Below are positions 57,461 to 64,000 of a DNA stretch of 64,000 bases, piece after piece. Source of the DNA: Octopus sinensis. Taxonomy: Eukaryota. How positions within the stretch are numbered: the first letter of the stretch is position 1; every line of letters begins with the position of its first letter. Below the pieces are notes generated by a model that ran no database searches, had not been told where the DNA came from, and was given only the letters and a program-made list of their open reading frames with translations. The translations under genes and the position numbers were made by a program. Location: assembly GCF_006345805.1 (NCBI RefSeq), contig NC_042998.1, positions 56,544,001 to 56,608,000 of the forward strand. The letters are read 5' to 3'.

Positions 57461-57809
57461 GTAATGGGATAAAAAACCAAGGCTATGTTGATATTAGAAC
57501 ATTCATAGATAGGTCTTACAGCTGTTTCCAGGATATTTATTTATTATATTGGAATCTTACATATGTACCATTCTGCCTAAAAAATGGATCGGTAACTTCA
57601 ATATCCTTACATATCTTGCATCTATTTTCTTTCCTCCACCTCACTCTCTATTTTGTATCACATCTAAACTAACTATGACTTAACCATCCTCTCGCACCGT
57701 CTCCGATGAAGGGATATAATTAATAAATATCCTAGAAACAGCTGTAAGACCTTCTATCTATAAATGTTCTAATATCTACACAGCCTTGGTTTTTTTTTTA
57801 TCTCATTAC
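57461..57809. mobile_element. Second fold-back repeat, probably Penelope-type (arms 57461-57549 and 57714-57809), with hammerhead motif at 57699-57750
   Basis: Arms of about 90 bp are reverse complements; GTCT-CCGATGA-AGGGATAT..ATATCCTA-GAAA-CAGCTG-TA-AGAC. No ORF remnant, so the Penelope call is inferred. Confidence 0.55.
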
Positions 57810-57812
57810 GCA

Positions 57813-58063
57813 AATGAAGCATGGAACAAACTGCCGGTATCAGTTGTTAGTTGTCGGAGCACTGCATCCTTCAAAACTTCCATGCTTTCTGAGATTCGCC
57901 AACACTACACCTGATTTTCTCCCCTCCATACACACACAGGCATGTATCTGACTCATACATTGTTCGCTTTCCAGACATTTTTACATTACTGCATGTACTT
58001 TATATGCACTTTCTGACAAGTTGTGGTGCACCTGAGCACTATATACAATAATTTCATTATTAT
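57813..58063 (+). mobile_element. CR1 3' end, near-identical to 50030-50275 in inverted orientation
   Basis: 2 differences over ~245 bp by eye; ends ...GCACTATATACAATAATTTCATTATTAT. Confidence 0.9.
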
Positions 58064-58107
58064 ATTTTTTAAAAATTCTTATATATATATATATATATAT
58101 ATATTTA

Positions 58108-58370
58108 GGTGCAGACGTGGCTGTGTGGTATGAAGCTTGCTTCCCAATCACATGGTTCCGGGTTTAATCCCACTGTGTATGTCACCCACCATTGCTTGAC
58201 AACCAGTGTCAGTATGTTTATGTCCCTGTAACCTAGCAGTTCGGCAAAATAGACCAATAAAGTACTAGGCTTAAAAGAAAAAAAAAAAATCCTGGGATTG
58301 ATTTGTTTGACTAAAACCCTTGAAGGTAGTGCCCCAGCATGGCTGCATTTAAATGATTGAAACAAGTAAA
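58108..58370 (+). mobile_element. SINE family B (internally deleted)
   Basis: GTGGCTGTGTGG..GGTTCCGGGTTTAATCCC head and family tail. Confidence 0.8.
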
Positions 58371-58616
58371 AGATTATCTATTTATGGTGGTGAACATGTT
58401 CTTTTGGAAAATCAAGCTGTTGGGGCATAGGACAAAATGAGTAGGAAACACAGCAACAGGTAGCCATGAACGTGACAGCAAAAAAATGGAATTGACTGGA
58501 TGATCACTTATTGGCTTTTGCTTACCTTACCATAAATGCCATAGAGGAATAGTATTTAAAACCAGTTATTAAGCTTATAGCTAAGTTAGGTAGACTTATT
58601 TGAATATTTGATACAC

Positions 58617-58867
58617 ATGCCGGTGGCACATAAAAAGCACCATCCGTTCGTGGCCGTTTGCCAGCTCTGTCTGGCACCAGTGCGGGTGGCACGTAAAAAG
58701 CACCCACTACACTCACGGAGTGGTTGGCGTTAGGAAGGGCATCCAGCCGTAGAAACACTGCCAGATTTGACTGGACCTGATGAAGCCTTCTGGCTTCACA
58801 GACCCCAGTAGAACCGTCCAACCCATGCTAGCATGGAAAACGGACGCTAAACGATGATGATGATGAT
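58617..58867 (-). mobile_element. RTE 3'UTR-derived short element
   Basis: Internal hairpin units and shared 3' end. The CACCCACTACACTC...GGACGCTAAACGATGAT text reads on the plus strand here, so the strand label is uncertain. Confidence 0.6.
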
Positions 58868-60007
58868 TCAGCTGTTCACCATTGCCTAACATCCACTTTA
58901 CCATGCTTGCAGATTTTCTATGGCTGGACACTCTTTCTGTTGCTAATCCTTGCTTGTTTCTAAGCAAGGCAATATTTTCTTATGGCTGGACATGTTTTCA
59001 CTACAGACTGGAAAGGAAGGATATCACTTGTACAACAGTAATGCTTTCTTACAACAATTGTACAATGTGAAGGCAAAGAGAGAGACAGAGACACATACAA
59101 ATAATAGGCTTCTTTCAATATATAGCTACTAAATGCACTCACAACTTGGTCTGTCCAGGGCTATAGTAGAAGACACTTGCTCAAGGTGACATGCAGCAGA
59201 ATTGAACCAAGCAGCCAAACCTGTTATGTGCTAGCAGTGTTTTTCTGACTGTAGCAAGGTTGTATAAATAGACACATTTATGATTGTCTAATGTATTTAC
59301 AGAAACTAATTTATAAACTCAACGACAGCTAAAATGGATGGATATAATCCATTGTAAAGTTTAGTTCAATCACCTCCATTTCATCTATACATTTCAACAA
59401 AAAATAAATAAAATAAAATAAAAAAGAATTCCAAATAAAAATGAATCATTTTATTTTTACAAAATGCATATGAACACGAATTTAAAAGAATAAAATGGTT
59501 GATGCTTGAAGAATTACAACTGTCACCATGCACAATCATATCACATTTATCTCATGAAGCTCAAAAAACAACTAAGTTTGATAGGGTTTATTTATTCATT
59601 TACATTAAAATAGAAAATGACTCCCCTCACCTCTGCACACAAGGGGAATTTTTGATAAATTAGTCCAGGCATAATTGCAAGCATGCACACATACACGTTT
59701 CACACACATTCATATGTAAAGATGATAATTGCCAGTAACACCGACAATTTTTTAATAACATTTTATATAAATGTACATAATATATAAAGCATTAAAATCC
59801 AGCTATGGAAAATCAATGACCCTATCCTACTTTCTCCATCAAATCGTCACATATTTTCGTGAGTTCTTTTATTTGATTTTTCTGAAAGGAAAAACAAAAA
59901 AAAAAAATTTTTTAGTAATAAGCAATACTGGATAGAATACATATAAATATTATACTGTATGTAGATAAAATTTGAGGTTGCATAGTTGAAAGTTCCTTGT
60001 TCTCTAT

Positions 60008-60345
60008 TCATCATCATTGTTTAGCGTCCGGTTTCCATGCTAGCACGGGTTGAACAGTTAATCAACTGGGGTCTGGGAAGCCAGAAGGCTGCACCAGGCC
60101 AAGTCTGATCTGGCAATATTTCTATGGCTGGATGCCCTTCCTAACGCCAACCACTCCGTGAGTGTAGTGGGTGCTTTTTACATGCCACCGGTACAGGTGC
60201 CAGACGAGGCTGGCAAACGGCCACGACCGGATGGTGCTTTTTACGTGCCACCGGCACAGAGGCCAGTTGGGGCGGCGCTGGCAACGGCCATGTTCGGATG
60301 GTTCTCTTACATACTACTGGCACTGGTATCACAACTGCAATTTTC
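60008..60345 (-). mobile_element. RTE 3'UTR-derived short element
   Basis: CATCATC..TTTAGCGTCC..CATGCTAGCAC reverse complement of the shared 3' end. Confidence 0.82.
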
Positions 60346-61585
60346 ATTGATGCTGATCGATTTCGATTTTGAGAAAATAAGAATTAGACAAAAACTGGTA
60401 ATGATTTAATCAACTGCATCTAACTTCCTTTACAAATTTATGCCATTATCATATAATACAAAATTATGGGTTGCATTTTTTCCTTTTTTTTTTTTATTTG
60501 AAGATCAACATGCATAATCATTCTTTTAAAGTTGCAGAAACAGAACACAATATTAAATACAAAACAACATTTAGCTTAGTTCCTCTTCATTTGAAATTCA
60601 AATCCCTCTAAAACTCGACTGCTATGTATGCTAATGAGTAAAAAAAAAAAAAAAAAAAAACACACACACAAAGCAAGAATTAAGTGCAGAAATAGATACA
60701 GGCTTGTTGTATGGAGATAGTTTAGCAAATGATGAGAATATTTCTAAGGGGTCCCAACACAGAAACCAAGGGCAACAGGAATTAATGTCAATAATTTCAC
60801 ATTGCCATTTTAAAGTAGAATTATCTTCAGTTCTTAGTAAGCTCAAAGATGGCCCTGATTGAACAGATCTATGATCAAAGGTATTCCAGTTATAACCACC
60901 TTGCCTTCCTCTCTTCTTGGTATTAACTAAATCTCCAGGTTTTAGGACAGTAATTGGTTGCATGGCAAAAGGTTTGCTTTGCAACTACATGGTTTCAGTT
61001 TCAATACCAATGTGTGATACCTTGAACAAGAGTTTTCTTTTAGAGACTTGGGCTACTGAATAGTTTGTGAACAAAACTTGGTCGATGAAAACTGTACAGA
61101 AACTTGTATACATACATATGCGTCTTCATATTGATACCACTTAGGCAGGGGAGACATTTGTTCCTGTTTTGCATAAATGTTCCACAGCTTGATGGTTTGA
61201 TGTATGAAGTTATGCAGAATATACATAACTTGAAAACAAAGGCATTTGAACATTGAACGCCTCATGATGTCTCTTCCATCTCATACCAACATGCAAAAAG
61301 GGATTGTAAAAAAACAATGCAGAATTTAGTATTCACCAAGACAATATAATCAGCCCACCTTACATTCATTATAAACCTGAAGTAATTACACAAATTTCAA
61401 GACTATTTGTCAGACTGGGTACTCAGTATAGAATCTGTTACAAGCTCTGGAAAGTGATCCAGACTTGTAACATTTCTTTTGAAGATAGGGTTCGATTTAA
61501 AGAGATTTGGCTGCTAGCGAACTGAGTAATTGCATAGAGCCATCTTCAACAGCCTAACTGATGTACATGGTAACTTAACACTTAC

Positions 61586-61706
61586 CTTTAATTCAAGCTC
61601 ATTTTGTAGTTCCGCAATTTTCATATCTTTGCGTTTACCCGAAGCTTCAAGACAAGAGGTATCAATTGTCAATTTCTTCTTCAAGGCTGCTACTTCCTTT
61701 TCAAGG
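61586..61706 (-). CDS. Internal exon of an unidentified coiled-coil protein gene
   Basis: ttttaacttttcag acceptor, GTAAGT donor, open frame LEKEVAALKKKLTIDTSCLEASGKRKDMKIAELQNELELK with heptad character; neighbouring exons not established. Confidence 0.6.
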
Positions 61707-64000
61707 CTGAAAAGTTAAAAATAAAAATTTTTCAAAATCAATTTCTTTTAAGCAATTATTCTTTAAGTGTGCTAAGCAAACACAACACAGCACTTTGGGC
61801 AAGTATCTTCTACTCTTATTTCCTTGCCAACGAATTATCCAGTTGTTCTGTGCTTTCTAAGTTGAGTGGAGTGAAAACTGTTTAGAGGATGGAAGGCCAT
61901 CTGGCTGTAAAACAATGTTTCAACAATATGTATTCATCTAGACCATGCTAGTATGGAAAAACATATGCAATAACCAAACATGCATTTTATATTTATCAAT
62001 CAGTTAAAAAAAAAATCTCTTACTTAATCCCCATGTTGAAACAAGGTATGAAGACATTGCCTTGTTCTCTACCACTTAGTCTTCACTAAAATTACTCCCA
62101 GTTATGACTTTCAATCTTTCAAGTGTGATGATAAATGCAGCCAGTATACCCAAAGTGATTGGTAAACAGACAACAGAGTAGAGAGGACACAATAATTTCT
62201 CTATTGTTGTTATCACAAAATGTATCAAGTACTCCACAGAGTGGTTGGTGTTAGGAAGGGCACCAAATCATGCCAAAAATGGTGCATATGAGTGACTTCT
62301 CACCCATGCAGTAATGCCAAATAAAAACTCAATCATACAATTTATTCAACCCAATAACATGGAAGCCTAAGACTGGCTGTCCCTGAGAGACTATTTGCTA
62401 TAATTGGTTTTTATTACAGAATGTGCTGAGTTACATGAGTTATTAAATGGAGTACAGAAAACCCAGTTGCCATGCTGAAGGTACTCTTGCTCAACATATC
62501 ATCATCATCATCATTGTTCGACCATGGTCGAGACAATGGAATTTACCAAGCTACGCCAGAATTCACGGTCCATCATGGCATTACGGAGGTCCTGTTGCTG
62601 GACTTAACATATAGGACTTAAGCTAAAGCAGCAAGCTGGCAGAACCTTTACTGTATTGAGGAAAATGCTTAGCACCGTTCCAGTCTTTACGTTCTGAGTT
62701 CAAATGCCAAAATTTGAAACCAATATGTAGGATGTAAGCAAAAACACAATATACTCTGTGCAAATAACAGAACAATGTGGGATTTTAAATGCATTAAATA
62801 TATGAAACTAGTTGGATGAATAATGTCTAGAGTGCTCAGATAGCTCATCAAAATCGAGCACATCACTAGATTATCAGTTGAATTTAATGCATATAAGAAG
62901 AGGTAAAGGTAAAATAAAATGAAATACTGGAATTTGTTTTTGAAGACAACTAGAGAATTAAATACGTTAACTAAATGAAAAACTCACACACATACATGAA
63001 TACACAATAGCATATATGATAAAAATTTGCAATATAAATTCTTACCAGAACTGGATGTTGACCTATTTCTTTCTCTTAACTAGTAACAGGTAACTAACTG
63101 TTCTAAGCAAACATTAACTATACTATATCCCCCCAGTCAAAGAAATTCTGCTAAAATATGAAGTATTCTGCCAATCAAGGTTTTCAGTTTAATTGTATTT
63201 AGCATAATTTCACTTACTTCTGATTAGATTTTATTAAATTTTCGATAAATAAAAATAATTTCTGTTTAACAGCTATCATATTGCAAGCTATTAAATTACA
63301 AAATGTTTGTGTTGTTTATAATAAACTTTATTATACATTTCTCACCCATGAGATTATGTCCGATCTTTAGCATACTGCTGTATGTCTTCTCAAATCATGG
63401 TCACAGGAAAAGTTGTTGATAAGAATTACTAAGCTGATAAATATGCACAGGTGTTGCAAATTAAGTTTAATCACCAATAAATATCAGCTTGGATAACACT
63501 TTAGTCAACTGAGAAGAAGGTGACAGATCAAACTGATTATGGAAACAATGCTTTTCTGCCTATTCTTGTTGGAACCTTTGATATGGAGTATCGAAATGTT
63601 AATCCCTTTCACACTTATAATAAAATGTTAAGCAAACTCCAAGCAATGTAAAATATAGTTCGGACCTTGTTTACCAGCATGAATGTCAGACTTCAAAGAA
63701 TAGTTAACCATTTAACAGTTTTAGTAAATTTATACAGAAAAAGTAAGCATTGTACTGTCTAGCATAAATAAAAATCAACCTCATCATAATTAAGGCATTA
63801 TTTTTTCTGTAAAAACCTATTCTGACATGAAATGAATCAACTTCTGGCACGAATGTTTACACTTTTGTACATTGTTTGCCAACAAAAAAAAATTCTGGAA
63901 ATGATCTACTGATGTAATTTACGCACCCACTAAAGTTTATTTTCATTTTTGTGAAAAAAGTATGTAAATTACATTGGTTTTTACGGTAATACAAAAAATT

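Noticed and set aside
60631-60984. 117-aa minus ORF near the coiled-coil exon
   Set aside because: Begins in a SINE and another repeat, ends in poly-T; no phase-0 acceptor in that frame
1-64000. CRISPR arrays, rRNA, operon-like prokaryotic systems
   Set aside because: None seen; the repeat arrays have no unique spacers and the DNA is spliceosomal-intron eukaryotic

Overview
AT-rich, intron-rich animal genomic DNA, most likely octopus (inferred from the SINE and LINE families I recognise, not from a search). Three genes can be rebuilt exon by exon with GT-AG sites and consistent phases. (1) DDX56 nucleolar DEAD-box helicase, minus strand, 11 exons from 18536 to 733, continuing past the window start. 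(2) HIGD2A, plus strand, 2 exons, 106 aa, head-to-head with DDX56 across 277 bp. (3) An ARL9/ARL10-type Arf-like GTPase, minus strand, 4 exons, 262 aa, with an N-terminal transmembrane anchor. One further coiled-coil exon lies at 61586-61706. The rest is dense with tRNA-derived SINEs, RTE, CR1 and R4/Dong LINE pieces, Penelope-like elements and a mariner remnant. The most interesting signals are hammerhead-ribozyme motifs from three unrelated sequence contexts: a complete-core candidate in the HIGD2A intron, a pair in a Penelope fold-back element whose arms also carry a tRNA-like Pol III module, and a degenerate one at 57.7 kb. Also notable are a HIGD2A-ARL10 neighbourhood that parallels human 5q35.2, non-canonical motifs in both NTPases, and vertebrate-style promoter motifs (ETS plus TCTCGCGAGA). 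All coordinates were counted by hand; repeat boundaries are approximate.
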